Origin: Polyangiales bacterium
GTDB lineage: Bacteria > Myxococcota_A > Polyangia > Polyangiales > Polyangiaceae
Assembly: GCA_038230375.1 (NCBI GenBank)
Contig: JBBRNJ010000076.1
Span: 1-43,889 of the forward strand
Direction of reading: 5' to 3'
Length of the DNA stretch: 43,889 bases
Both the position numbers and the translations under genes were made by a program. Positions 27,245 to 37,137 of this stretch are shown piece by piece (the first letter of the stretch is position 1; each line of letters opens with the position of its first letter). A model generated the notes under the pieces. It saw nothing but the letters and a program-made list of their open reading frames with translations, searched no databases and was not told the DNA's origin.

Positions 27245-28072
27245 TCACTTCACGATGGTGTAGACCGACGGCGTTGGGATGAGCGGGTTGTGGCTCGAGG
27301 GCAGCGTGCGGAAGCTTACGCCGTGGTTCGGCAGCGAACGCACGATCGCGTCGAAGTCGCGGAGGTAGTTGACGCGGTTGGAGTAGACTCGACCGAGGAC
27401 CCCAAGATAACTTTTCGGGTAGTTCTCGGGGACCGGCTCGACGTGAATCGAACCCATCTTGGAATGGTCGAGCATGTTCTTCACCGCCACGCCGCTGGCG
27501 TATGGGATCTGCTCGAGCGAGAAGACGGTCAGCGCGAGATCTGACTCGGGGTGGATGAACTTCGCTGGAGGGTCGCGCACGTAGTCAAGCTGGGCGTACT
27601 CGATGTCTAGACCGAACTTCTTCGCCGCGCGGTCGGCCACGTTGACGCCAGCCTGCACCAGCTCGTAGCCGTAGCACTTCATCTCCGGAAAGCGCCGCGA
27701 CAGAGCGATCACATTCCGGCCAACGCCGCAGCCGTACTCGGTGATCGATTTCGCCCGTGGGAAATGCTCCCGGATCGTCTTCTCGATCTCGTCGTGCCAG
27801 TACCGATTGGAGTCCCAGCGAGCGCGACGAACCAGCCGCCCATCACGCATGTGGGTGGTGGCGGCATCGTCGAAACCGTCGATGCAGAGCCACTCTTCCA
27901 CTGTTTGGCAACGATCGAGGTGCGCCTCGTACGCTCCCCATACGTGGTCGTAGCCTTCGCTGACGAACGCGCCAGTCCGCTGCATGGCCGGACGAACGAA
28001 GAGGTTCGCCACCCGCAGCGTGGGGGAGTGTGGGTAGAGTTCACGGTGAATTTCGCGCAGCCGGCTGAGCAT
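27245..28072 (-). CDS. Class I SAM-dependent methyltransferase
   Basis: Motif I EYGCGVG, GYEL, SLEQI; ATG 28072. Confidence 0.8.
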   Translation of the reverse strand: MLSRLREIHRELYPHSPTLRVANLFVRPAMQRTGAFVSEGYDHVWGAYEAHLDRCQTVEEWLCIDGFDDAATTHMRDGRLVRRARWDSNRYWHDEIEKTIREHFPRAKSITEYGCGVGRNVIALSRRFPEMKCYGYELVQAGVNVADRAAKKFGLDIEYAQLDYVRDPPAKFIHPESDLALTVFSLEQIPYASGVAVKNMLDHSKMGSIHVEPVPENYPKSYLGVLGRVYSNRVNYLRDFDAIVRSLPNHGVSFRTLPSSHNPLIPTPSVYTIVK

Positions 28073-28164
28073 GGGGGCAGCCGCGGTATAGCCTGGCAAT
28101 CTGCGCCCCGCAACTCCTGCAGGGCATCAGACAGGGATGCTGCGGGCCGTCAGAGCGCGGGGCG

Positions 28165-29097
28165 TCAGAGCGGGATGCGGGCGAGCTTCTCGTCGGGCAC
28201 ACGCTCAGTGTTGAAGCCATAGTCGAACTGGCCGTAGAGGATCTGGAAGCAGAGGCGCTCCTTGGTGCGCGGCGGCTGCCCCTTGTGGATGCCGAACGTG
28301 TCCTCGATGAAACCTGAGCCCGCGGGCCCCTGGATGCTCACGATCCTGGATGTTCCCCACTCTGCCAGAACCTCGTCGTCCTCGAGGCGGCGGAATGGGA
28401 ACATGATTTTGAGCCGCTTTCCGACGTGCGTGCCCTTCACGTAGATGTGCGGGCCAGAGTCCTCGTCGACGTCGGTGAGGTAGAAGAAGACCTTGAGGAA
28501 CTTGAAGTCGTCAATGTCGTAGTGGAACTTCTGCGCATAGTGATTGCGCTCCGCGTCGCTGATGCGATCGTACGGATGGCTCCACCAGAGGTGTGTCGAA
28601 ATGACCTTCGTTCGCGGGCCAACCCAGCGACGCGCGACCTCGAAGAGGAACGGGTCTTCCGCGAGCTCCTTGATCGCGGGACAGTCACGAATGTTGTTGT
28701 AGAAGCCGGAGAGGACGAACGGACTACCAGCCGCGGCCTCGGCCTTCTCGCGCTCGCCTTCCCGGTAGCCCCAAGCGTGGTTCCAGTTGCCGTACCGCGG
28801 GCTCTTGTCTGCGTACGCACGCAGGTCGTCCACGAAACGGGCCGGGAGCTTGAGATCAAGGACCAGTCCGTCGCGATTGAGCGTCTCCATCACTCGGGTG
28901 ATGCGGAGCTCTGGGAACAGCGCGGAGCGGATGGAATCTGAGCCCTGCCTCGTACCAGCCGCCGAGATGGCGCGAACGAGATCGAATCTTCCCAGCCGAT
29001 GCACCATGCGCGCACGCAGGCTGCGACCAACCCGAGCCGCCGTCACGCCGCGCAGCTTCTCGATGATGCTCTGCGCGGAATCCGTGTTGTTCGCCAT
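28165..29097 (-). CDS. PhyH-like Fe(II)/2-oxoglutarate dioxygenase
   Basis: FHYD (HxD), YLTDVDEDSGPHIYVKGTH, distal His in GIHKG; ATG 29097. Confidence 0.8.
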   Translation of the reverse strand: MANNTDSAQSIIEKLRGVTAARVGRSLRARMVHRLGRFDLVRAISAAGTRQGSDSIRSALFPELRITRVMETLNRDGLVLDLKLPARFVDDLRAYADKSPRYGNWNHAWGYREGEREKAEAAAGSPFVLSGFYNNIRDCPAIKELAEDPFLFEVARRWVGPRTKVISTHLWWSHPYDRISDAERNHYAQKFHYDIDDFKFLKVFFYLTDVDEDSGPHIYVKGTHVGKRLKIMFPFRRLEDDEVLAEWGTSRIVSIQGPAGSGFIEDTFGIHKGQPPRTKERLCFQILYGQFDYGFNTERVPDEKLARIPL

Positions 29098-29311
29098 GCC
29101 GATGGTTCTGCCGCAATTCACGAGGCTCCGCAAGCGAAGAGACCGCGCGTTGCGCACGCTTTGTCGGCCATTCATGGCAAATTCTGCGTGGTGATCCCGT
29201 TGCACGCGCAGCGGTCCGCAGAGTAGAGTTCGTTCCCTTGCGGACACAACTCTCTTCGTGTGCGAAAAACCTGCGCTGTCGGCGGGTGCGACCGTGACAA
29301 CGGCAAAGGCC

Positions 29312-29869
29312 ATGGCGCCCGGCACGTGGCTCCACGGCGACCATGTGAAGCTCCGTTGCGTCACGCTGCAGGACTGCACGCCGAGGTACGAGCGATGGCT
29401 TGCTGACCCGGCGGTCAATCGCTACCTGGAGACGCGGTGGGCGCCACAGCCGCTCGACGCCATTCGCGCGTTCGTCGCCGGGATGGTCGCGTCGCCCGAC
29501 AACTATCTCCTCGCGATCTGCCAGGCTGACAACGAAGAGCACATCGGCAACATCAAGGTGGGGCCTATCCATCCGCGTCACTCGAATGCCGACGTGAGCT
29601 ACTTCATCGGTGAACGCTCGTCGTGGGGCAAGGGCGCCGGCACCGAGGCGGTCCGACTCGCGACGCGCTTCGCCTTCGACGTGCTTGGCATCCACCGCAC
29701 ACAGGCCGGCCTCTATGACGGCAACGTTGGCAGCCAACGCGTACTCGAGCGCGCGGGTTACAAGTACGAGGGGCGCTTCGAGAAACAGCTGCGCGCGGGT
29801 GTCGACCCCGCAGGCCAAACCTGGGAAGACCATCTCTTTTACGGCGCACTCCGAGCCACATGGTCATGA
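29312..29869 (+). CDS. RimJ/RimL-family GNAT N-acetyltransferase
   Basis: HIGNIK, WGKGAGTEA, NVGSQRVLERAGYKYEG. Confidence 0.88.
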   Translation: MAPGTWLHGDHVKLRCVTLQDCTPRYERWLADPAVNRYLETRWAPQPLDAIRAFVAGMVASPDNYLLAICQADNEEHIGNIKVGPIHPRHSNADVSYFIGERSSWGKGAGTEAVRLATRFAFDVLGIHRTQAGLYDGNVGSQRVLERAGYKYEGRFEKQLRAGVDPAGQTWEDHLFYGALRATWS

Positions 29870-29878
29870 GAAAACGTC

Positions 29879-31279
29879 ATGAGTGACCGACTTCATATCG
29901 TCCTTCCCGTCGAGAGCCTCGCGCGCGAGTTGGACTCGCGACTTCTTCTCGCCGGGCAACTCATCAATCGTGAGCATCGCGCGTTCGTCGCATTTGCGCC
30001 GACCAGCTTCCACCTCACCGAGGAAATCCCGGGCGGTGTGTACGTGGGAAAGCACCTGTTCTCGCCCACCACGGACAAGCCTGACTTCTACTATCGGGCG
30101 AAGGACCGTGGCTGGAAGGTGCTGCACCTATCGGAAGAGGGCGCCGTCTATCCCGACGCCGAGCCGCAGTGGCAGTACGAGCTCGATTTCCAGCTCAAGC
30201 CGCAGCTTGTTCACGAGGATGACCTCGTCTGCACGTGGGGGAACTTTCAGAGGGATCACTACCAGCTACGCGCACCCGACAAGAAGGACCGTATCCGCAC
30301 CACCGGGCACCCTCGCTTCGACCTCTATCAACCGAAGTACCGCGACCTCTTCATGAGTGACGTGGAAAACATTCGCCAGCGCTTCGGCAACTTCGTCCTG
30401 GTGAACTCAAACTTCACGGAGATCGTGAATGCGCAGGGGCCGCATGGTGCGTTTGCTGCCATGAACGGCTACGTGCCCACCAACGACCAGCGCCGGCTTC
30501 GTTACGTTGGCTTCTGGAGTCGCGTCGCCCGCACCGTGCCCGAGTATGTCGAGCTCCTCCACCGCCTCAGCATTGCGCGGAAGGACATCAACATTGTCGT
30601 CAGGCCCCATCCCGGAGACGATATCGACTGGTTCAAGGGCGTCTTCAACGGCGTGCCCAACATTCACGTAGTCCGTGAGGGTTCGGTTGCCGCGTGGCTC
30701 CTCGCATGCAACGTGATGGTGCAAGCAGGATGCACGACCGCGCTGGAAGCGCATCTCATGGGCACGCCGACGGTGACGTACACGCCCACGCCGGACAGCG
30801 GACACGAGTTCTACCTACCTTCGCTCTTCGGCCATCGCGTCACCACACAGGACGCAGCGCTTGAAGCGATCCAGAAAATGCTGGAGCCTCGCTACGACTC
30901 GCACCGCGAGGGCGAGAAGAAGACGCTGCCCGACCGCGCGCGGAACATGTTCTCCAACTTCGACGAAGACTCCACGCCGCGCTTCCTTGCCGCGGTCGAG
31001 GAGCAGATGCAAGCCGCACGGCGCCATAGCGTCGCGCCGAGTCGCACGCGCCTCAAGCTCTCCGAGGCGCGGCTCGCGACAATCGAGCGCGGCAAGTCCG
31101 TTGTTCGTGGTTTCTTCTGGGAGCGTTATCTTTCCGCGAAGCACGTGCGCGGCGTGTTCCCCGGCATGTCGCGCAGCCATGTGGAACGCGTAGTGCGCAT
31201 CGTGAACAAGCTCACGAAGAACGACCTCTCGGTGCGCTACTACAGCCAAAACTTGTTCGAGCTCACGTCGACGCGCTGA
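29879..31279 (+). CDS. Surface carbohydrate biosynthesis protein (GT-B-like)
   Basis: N-terminal PVESLARELDSRLLLA, EEG, TGHPRFD, VRPHP, GCTTALEA. Confidence 0.75.
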   Translation: MSDRLHIVLPVESLARELDSRLLLAGQLINREHRAFVAFAPTSFHLTEEIPGGVYVGKHLFSPTTDKPDFYYRAKDRGWKVLHLSEEGAVYPDAEPQWQYELDFQLKPQLVHEDDLVCTWGNFQRDHYQLRAPDKKDRIRTTGHPRFDLYQPKYRDLFMSDVENIRQRFGNFVLVNSNFTEIVNAQGPHGAFAAMNGYVPTNDQRRLRYVGFWSRVARTVPEYVELLHRLSIARKDINIVVRPHPGDDIDWFKGVFNGVPNIHVVREGSVAAWLLACNVMVQAGCTTALEAHLMGTPTVTYTPTPDSGHEFYLPSLFGHRVTTQDAALEAIQKMLEPRYDSHREGEKKTLPDRARNMFSNFDEDSTPRFLAAVEEQMQAARRHSVAPSRTRLKLSEARLATIERGKSVVRGFFWERYLSAKHVRGVFPGMSRSHVERVVRIVNKLTKNDLSVRYYSQNLFELTSTR

Positions 31280-31344
31280 GGCACCGCGAAAGGCCGAGCA
31301 GAGCCCCTTTCTTGCGTAGGCAAAGATGCTACGTTGCGCGACGC

Positions 31345-32532
31345 ATGCTGAGAAGACTGGGAAAAAAGAGCGCGCGAATCGCCTTCGGCGTCTTGCTGGC
31401 GGTGCTGATCGGCGAGATCGCACTACGCATCGTCGGCTTCTCCTATCCGAGCTTCTATACCTTCGACGAGCACACGGCCGGACGCCTGCGTCCTGGCGCG
31501 GAGGGTTGGTACCGGGAAGAGGGTGAGTCATACGTGATCGTCAATGCGGCAGGGATGCGTGACGAGCGGGAGATCACCGAGGCCAAGGGCACCGACGAAT
31601 ACCGGGTAGCCGTCCTTGGCGACTCGGTGGTGGAAGCCATACAGGTACCGGTCGACAAGACCTTCGTTCGACTCGTGGAGGCTCGCCTCAACGAGTGCAA
31701 GCCGTTTGGCCAGCGCCGGGTCAGGCTCATGAACTTCGGTGTCTCCGGCTTCTCGACCGCGCAAGAGCTGCAGACCTTGCGCCACCGCGTCTGGGCGTAC
31801 CAGCCGGACCTGGTGGTGTTGAGTTTCTTTTCACTGAACGACGTGCGGGACAATCAGGTGCAATACTTCCACACCAGCCCGGAGATTCCGTTCTTTCGTT
31901 TCGGCCCCGACAACGCCCTTGTGTTGGATGAAAGTTTTCTTCAGATGGCGTCCGTTCGCTCGCGCTCGAGTACGCGCTGGCGGACGCTGCAGGCAGTCAG
32001 CGACTACTCACGAATTCTCCAGCTCCTCAATCGCGCCAAGAACATGCGCAACGCCAAGGCGCAGGAGAAGGACCAAGCTGCGACAGGCACGCAGCCCACT
32101 GGCGACCTGGGACCAAGCGATCTGGTGCTCGCCCCGCCCCACACCAAGGAATGGGAAGACTGCTGGGCCATGTCCGAGGCGCTCGTCAAACAGATCCGAG
32201 ACGAGGTCGTCGAACACGGCGCGCGATTCGTGCTTGTCCTCTCCGGCTCGGGCCCGCAGGAGCATCCCGACCCGACCGTCCGCGCCGAGACTATGAAGCG
32301 AATCGGTATGCCTGATCTCTTCTATCCTGAGATGCGGCTGGGGAACTTCGCCGATAAGAACGGCATCGAGGTGATCTCCCTCGCGCGCCCCATGCAAGAG
32401 TGGGCCGAAGCAAACAAGACGTTCACGCACGGCTTTTCGAACGCGGCGCTCGGGGCAGGGCACTGGAACGAGAACGGGCACAGGGTCGCGGCGAATCTGA
32501 TCGGCGACAAGCTCTGTCAACCGCGGCCCTGA
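31345..32532 (+). CDS. Membrane-anchored SGNH/GDSL-family protein
   Basis: N-terminal TM, block I LGDS, NFGVSG, ND, C-terminal GHWNENGH. Confidence 0.85.
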   Translation: MLRRLGKKSARIAFGVLLAVLIGEIALRIVGFSYPSFYTFDEHTAGRLRPGAEGWYREEGESYVIVNAAGMRDEREITEAKGTDEYRVAVLGDSVVEAIQVPVDKTFVRLVEARLNECKPFGQRRVRLMNFGVSGFSTAQELQTLRHRVWAYQPDLVVLSFFSLNDVRDNQVQYFHTSPEIPFFRFGPDNALVLDESFLQMASVRSRSSTRWRTLQAVSDYSRILQLLNRAKNMRNAKAQEKDQAATGTQPTGDLGPSDLVLAPPHTKEWEDCWAMSEALVKQIRDEVVEHGARFVLVLSGSGPQEHPDPTVRAETMKRIGMPDLFYPEMRLGNFADKNGIEVISLARPMQEWAEANKTFTHGFSNAALGAGHWNENGHRVAANLIGDKLCQPRP

Positions 32533-32572
32533 TCTCCTGCAGCACCACGTGGTGCGCCTTCCAAGATCGAAC

Positions 32573-33868
32573 TCATCGGGCGGAGGTCGCGGCCTTGAGC
32601 TCCCGGTAGATTCGCTCCGCCACGATCGCGTTTCCGACGCCGTTCGGGTGGCGCGGGTCCGCGTAGAGGTTCTCGCTGTCGTGCGCCCGGAACGTGTCGT
32701 AGATGTCAAAGAACTCGGCCCCAAGCGACGCCTTGAGATCGGCTGCCGCCGGCGCGAGGAGTGCCTCGTGGCGCTCGTGCTCGCCGCGATTCATCACGGG
32801 CACCTGGTTCTTCTGCTCCTCCGCGGAGTAGGTCCGCAGCTTGTAGTGGCTCTCGTACTCCATCACGGGCTGGAAGAAGAAGAACGACGGGACACTCAGA
32901 TGGTCCGCCTCCGCCTTGATCATGTTGAGCGAGACCAGGTGCCGCCGCACCACGACCTCCCAGTTGTCTGCTGCAGGCGCGGTGGCGTTTGGCGGGTGGA
33001 GGCGATTCTGGATGGACGTCATGAAGTCGTCGATCTTGGTCAGGCGCGTGAGCGTGAGGGGCAGCAGTGAGTGCACGGACTCTGCACCTTGCACGTCCAG
33101 GATGATCCCGGCCTTCGACGAGTGCTTCTCCCACTCCGGCGCGCCGTTCGTCAGGAAATCACCCTGGAACGGCTGCTCGTTGATGCCGTCGTAGCACACG
33201 ACCATGTCTGGCTTGAAACCGGACTGCAGGACCTCCGTGAACAGCAAGAGCTCCTGCGTCGAGGTGAACCCACCCTGCCCCATGTTGATGACGCGGTAGT
33301 TCGAGCCGTCTCTGGCCAGCAGCTTGTTGAGGGTCGCGGCGATGGTCTCTTCGCTCCGCACCCCCAGACCCTGCGCAGTGGAGCCTCCGTACATCCAGAT
33401 CAGCTTCCACTTCGTCGGCTCCCCGAAGGCGAGCCGATTGCTGTCCATGCGGAAACCAAACTTGTCGAATTGGTATTCCTCGTTGTTCGCGCGCGCGGGG
33501 TTGATCGTGTACAGGCTGATGAACCGGTAGTCCGCATTCATCGCGAAGTCGCGAAGGTACGTGTGCGGCGGGTAGCCCTGTGCCAGGCGCTCGTGGACTC
33601 CGTTCTCATGGACGTGGAACATGATGCGCACCCCGACCTCGAGCACGAGGAGCGTCACCACTACAGCCGCGAGCGTCCGCTTCAACATCTGGCGCGGTGT
33701 GGTCGGCGTGGGCTTGCGCTTCTTGGTGACCTTCTTGGCCGGGGGCGTCGGCGTAGACCGCGACTCCGCGACCTCTGTCCTTACGGCGGCCGGCTTCGCA
33801 GGAGGCTCCGCGTCACTCGTGGCCTGCTTCGTCGAGTCCGCGGCCTTCTCTTCACCATCCGTGCTCAT
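32573..33868 (-). CDS. Membrane-anchored SGNH-family protein
   Basis: TM helix, YGGST, INMGQGG, YDGINE, DPRHPN; ATG 33868 overlaps the carB stop. Confidence 0.82.
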   Translation of the reverse strand: MSTDGEEKAADSTKQATSDAEPPAKPAAVRTEVAESRSTPTPPAKKVTKKRKPTPTTPRQMLKRTLAAVVVTLLVLEVGVRIMFHVHENGVHERLAQGYPPHTYLRDFAMNADYRFISLYTINPARANNEEYQFDKFGFRMDSNRLAFGEPTKWKLIWMYGGSTAQGLGVRSEETIAATLNKLLARDGSNYRVINMGQGGFTSTQELLLFTEVLQSGFKPDMVVCYDGINEQPFQGDFLTNGAPEWEKHSSKAGIILDVQGAESVHSLLPLTLTRLTKIDDFMTSIQNRLHPPNATAPAADNWEVVVRRHLVSLNMIKAEADHLSVPSFFFFQPVMEYESHYKLRTYSAEEQKNQVPVMNRGEHERHEALLAPAAADLKASLGAEFFDIYDTFRAHDSENLYADPRHPNGVGNAIVAERIYRELKAATSAR

Positions 33869-36800
33869 TGTGCCCTCCGCACGTAGCTGGCCCACGGCCG
33901 AACCTTGAGGTCCTGCTTCTTGTATCGACCCATCGCGCGAACCAATCGGCGTGCGAGCGAGAGGTCTGTGACGAGAGGAATGTCCAGGTCCACCGCCGCC
34001 CTTCGGATCAAGAAGCCGTCTGGGCGACCCTTCTCGTCATATTCACGGGGTACATTGATCACCAAGTCGATCTCTCCCGCCCGCATGCGCTCGACGGCGC
34101 TGGGCCATACGATGCCCTGCCCCTCCACCATCGGACGGCCCGTGGTGCCGGTGCGCTTCTCAAGCTTGTGGCAACGAATGCCCTGGCCCACGAGCAGGTC
34201 CGCCGTGCCCGGCGTGGCGAACAGCGGCAGTCCAAGATCGACCAGCTGCTGCGCCTCCTCCACGAATCGGTACTTGTCGCCGACCGGACCGAGCGAGAGC
34301 AGCACGCCCTTCTCTGGAAAGCGAAACCCGGTCGCAAGCATCGCCTTCAGGAGCGCCTCCTCGAAGTCATCTCCGAAACACGCGACCTCGCCCGTGGAGA
34401 CCATCTCGACGCCGGTCACCGGGTCCGCGCCAGACAGACGACGGAACGAGAACTGCGGGGTCTTCACGGCCACGTACGGCAGCTCGATAGGGCTCTGACC
34501 GCGCGCCGCCAGTGCATCGTGGCGCCCGAGCATGATGCAAGTCGCTTCTCGAATGAAGTTGGTGCCGATGACCTTGGATACGAACGGAAAGCTGCGCGAG
34601 GCGCGCAGATTGAGCTCGATCACCTTGAGCTCGTTGTGGCGTGCCAGGATCTGCAGGTTGAACGGGCCCGTCACCTGGAGCTCCTGCGCCAGCCGCGCCG
34701 CCGTCTTGCGGGCCCGCTGAATCGTTTCCAGGTACAGCTGCTGAGGCGGCAGCACGAGGGTCGCATCGCCGGAATGGACGCCCGCGTTCTCGACGTGTTC
34801 GGTTACGGCCCAGTGCACGATCTTTCCGTGATCGGCGACTGCGTCGACCTCGAGCTCTCGTGCGTGGGTCTCGAACTTGGAGATCACGACCGGGTGTTCC
34901 GGGGAGAGGATCGTCGCCCGTTCCAGGTACGCACGCAGCTCGCCCTCGTTGTGAGCGACCCGCATGGCCGCACCTGAGAGAACGTAGGATGGCCTGATCA
35001 GCACGGGGTACCCACCCAGCCTGGTGACCACATCGCCAAGGTCCGCGGCGCTCACCGCGACGCTCCAGCGTGGCTGATCGATCTCGAGCTCATCACAGAG
35101 CGCGGAGAACTTGTTTCGGTCCTCGGCGCGATCGATCGAGGTGGCCGCCGTGCCAAGGATATTCACGCCGGCGGCCGCGAGCTTGAGCGCGAGATTGTTC
35201 GGCGTCTGCCCACCCATGGAGACGATCACACCGAACGGACGCGTGAGCTCGCAGAGTTCCATGACGGTCTCCATCGAGATCTCGTCGAAGAAGAGCTTGT
35301 CGCACATGTCGAAGTCGGTGGAGACTGTCTCTGGGTTACAATTGAGCAGTAGCGTCTCGTAGCCCAACTCGCGTGCGGTTGTCGCAGCGTTCACGCAGCA
35401 CCAATCGAACTCGACACTAGAGCCAATGCGGTATGGGCCCGAGCCCAGGACCAGGATGCGCTCCCTTGCGGGCACCTCCGCTGCGCTCGTGAGCGCCTCG
35501 CTCTGGCTCACCATGTAAGACGTGTAAAGGTAGTTGGTGCGGGCAGGGTACTCCGCCGCCATGGTGTCGATGCGCGCGATACGCGGCCGGACGTCGAGCG
35601 AGTGACGCGCAGCGCGGACGTCTGCTTCCACGACGCCTATGCGCTCCGCGATGGTGCGGTCGCTCATTCCGAGCCGCTTCGCCGTCAGCAGCGTGTCGCG
35701 TGTGAGCGCGGCGGCTCCGCGAAGCGCCCCGAGCGCCCGGCCCGCCGTCACGATGTCTTCGATCTGGGAAAGGAAGAAGCGATCGATCGAAGTGAGCGAC
35801 CACACCTCCTCGACCGACATGCCCTCCTCGAACGCGTGGGCGATCGCGAAGATGCGGCGAGGCGACGGATGGGAGAGCTCGGAGCGAAGGTCCTCGAACG
35901 AAAAGGCACTTCCGTCGAGGCCCGCAACGCCCACCTCCAACATCCGGAGCGCCTTCTGCAGCACCTCGGGGAAGGACCGGCCAATGGCCATGACCTCGCC
36001 GACCGATTTCATCTCGGTGCCGATGCGATCATCGACGCCGCCGAACTTGTCGAAGTCCCAGCGCGGCACCTTGCAGACCAGGTAGTCGAGCGCCGGCTCG
36101 AAGAACGCGGAGGTGCCCGTGACGGCGTTCTGGAGTTCTGGCAACGTGTATCCCAACGCGACCTTCGCGGCCACGTACGCAAGCGGATACCCAGTGGCCT
36201 TGGAAGCAAGCGCGGAGGAGCGCGAGAGCCTGGGGTTGACCTCGATCACGCGATAGTCCCGCGACGTTGGATCGAGTGCATACTGGATGTTGCACTCGCC
36301 GACGATGCCCAGGTGCCGCACGGTGCGCATCGCCACCTCGCGTAGCATCTGGTACTCACGATCGTCGAGCGTCTGCGATGGCGCGACCACGATGGACTCA
36401 CCCGTGTGGATGCCCATCGGGTCGACGTTCTCCATGTTGCAGACGGTGATGCAGTTGTCTGCCGCGTCCCGGAGAACCTCGTACTCGATCTCCTTCCAGC
36501 CGGAGAGGCACTCCTCGACCAGAACCTGCGACCCTCCCACGAATGCGCGTTCGATCGCCGCTTCCAGCTCCGAAGACTGCCGCACGATCGAGGACCCGCG
36601 GCCGCCAAGCGAGAATGCCGCGCGAAGGATCACGGGAAGCCCGATCTCGTGCGCAGCGATGAGGGCCTCCTCACGCGTGGTCGCCGCCTTGCTGCGTGCC
36701 ACCATCACGTCGATCTCGGCGAGCTTCTCGTTGAATAGCTTGCGATCCTCCGCATAGCGGATGCTGTCCACCTGGGTGCCAAGCACGCGCACGCCATGCC

Positions 36801-37137
36801 GCGCAAGAACGCCTCGCGCATCGAGCTCGAGCCCGCAGTTCAGAGCTGTCTGTCCGCCAAAGCCGAGTACAATGCCATCGATCCTCTCGGCGATGATGAC
36901 CTGCTCGACGAAGTGTGGGTCGACGGGGAGGAAATAGACAACGTCGGCCAATCCCTCGGACGTCTGGACCGTGGCGATGTTCGGGTTCATGAGGACAGTG
37001 CGGACGCCGTCCTCCCGAAGGGCCTTCAATGCCTGCGAGCCCGAGTAGTCGAACTCCCCTGCCTGGCCGATCTGAAGTGCACCGGAGCCCAGAACAAGAA
37101 CTGACTCAGGTCGCGCTTGTGCGCCGTTCGCCTTCAC
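33865..37137 (-). CDS. carB: Carbamoyl-phosphate synthase large subunit
   Basis: IGQAGEFDYSG, NPNIAT, GIHTGES, EVNPRLSRSSALASKATGYP, NCNPETVSTD, RPSYVLSG, GVHSGD, C-terminal MGS-like domain. Confidence 0.97.
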   Translation of the reverse strand: MKANGAQARPESVLVLGSGALQIGQAGEFDYSGSQALKALREDGVRTVLMNPNIATVQTSEGLADVVYFLPVDPHFVEQVIIAERIDGIVLGFGGQTALNCGLELDARGVLARHGVRVLGTQVDSIRYAEDRKLFNEKLAEIDVMVARSKAATTREEALIAAHEIGLPVILRAAFSLGGRGSSIVRQSSELEAAIERAFVGGSQVLVEECLSGWKEIEYEVLRDAADNCITVCNMENVDPMGIHTGESIVVAPSQTLDDREYQMLREVAMRTVRHLGIVGECNIQYALDPTSRDYRVIEVNPRLSRSSALASKATGYPLAYVAAKVALGYTLPELQNAVTGTSAFFEPALDYLVCKVPRWDFDKFGGVDDRIGTEMKSVGEVMAIGRSFPEVLQKALRMLEVGVAGLDGSAFSFEDLRSELSHPSPRRIFAIAHAFEEGMSVEEVWSLTSIDRFFLSQIEDIVTAGRALGALRGAAALTRDTLLTAKRLGMSDRTIAERIGVVEADVRAARHSLDVRPRIARIDTMAAEYPARTNYLYTSYMVSQSEALTSAAEVPARERILVLGSGPYRIGSSVEFDWCCVNAATTARELGYETLLLNCNPETVSTDFDMCDKLFFDEISMETVMELCELTRPFGVIVSMGGQTPNNLALKLAAAGVNILGTAATSIDRAEDRNKFSALCDELEIDQPRWSVAVSAADLGDVVTRLGGYPVLIRPSYVLSGAAMRVAHNEGELRAYLERATILSPEHPVVISKFETHARELEVDAVADHGKIVHWAVTEHVENAGVHSGDATLVLPPQQLYLETIQRARKTAARLAQELQVTGPFNLQILARHNELKVIELNLRASRSFPFVSKVIGTNFIREATCIMLGRHDALAARGQSPIELPYVAVKTPQFSFRRLSGADPVTGVEMVSTGEVACFGDDFEEALLKAMLATGFRFPEKGVLLSLGPVGDKYRFVEEAQQLVDLGLPLFATPGTADLLVGQGIRCHKLEKRTGTTGRPMVEGQGIVWPSAVERMRAGEIDLVINVPREYDEKGRPDGFLIRRAAVDLDIPLVTDLSLARRLVRAMGRYKKQDLKVRPWASYVRRAQ

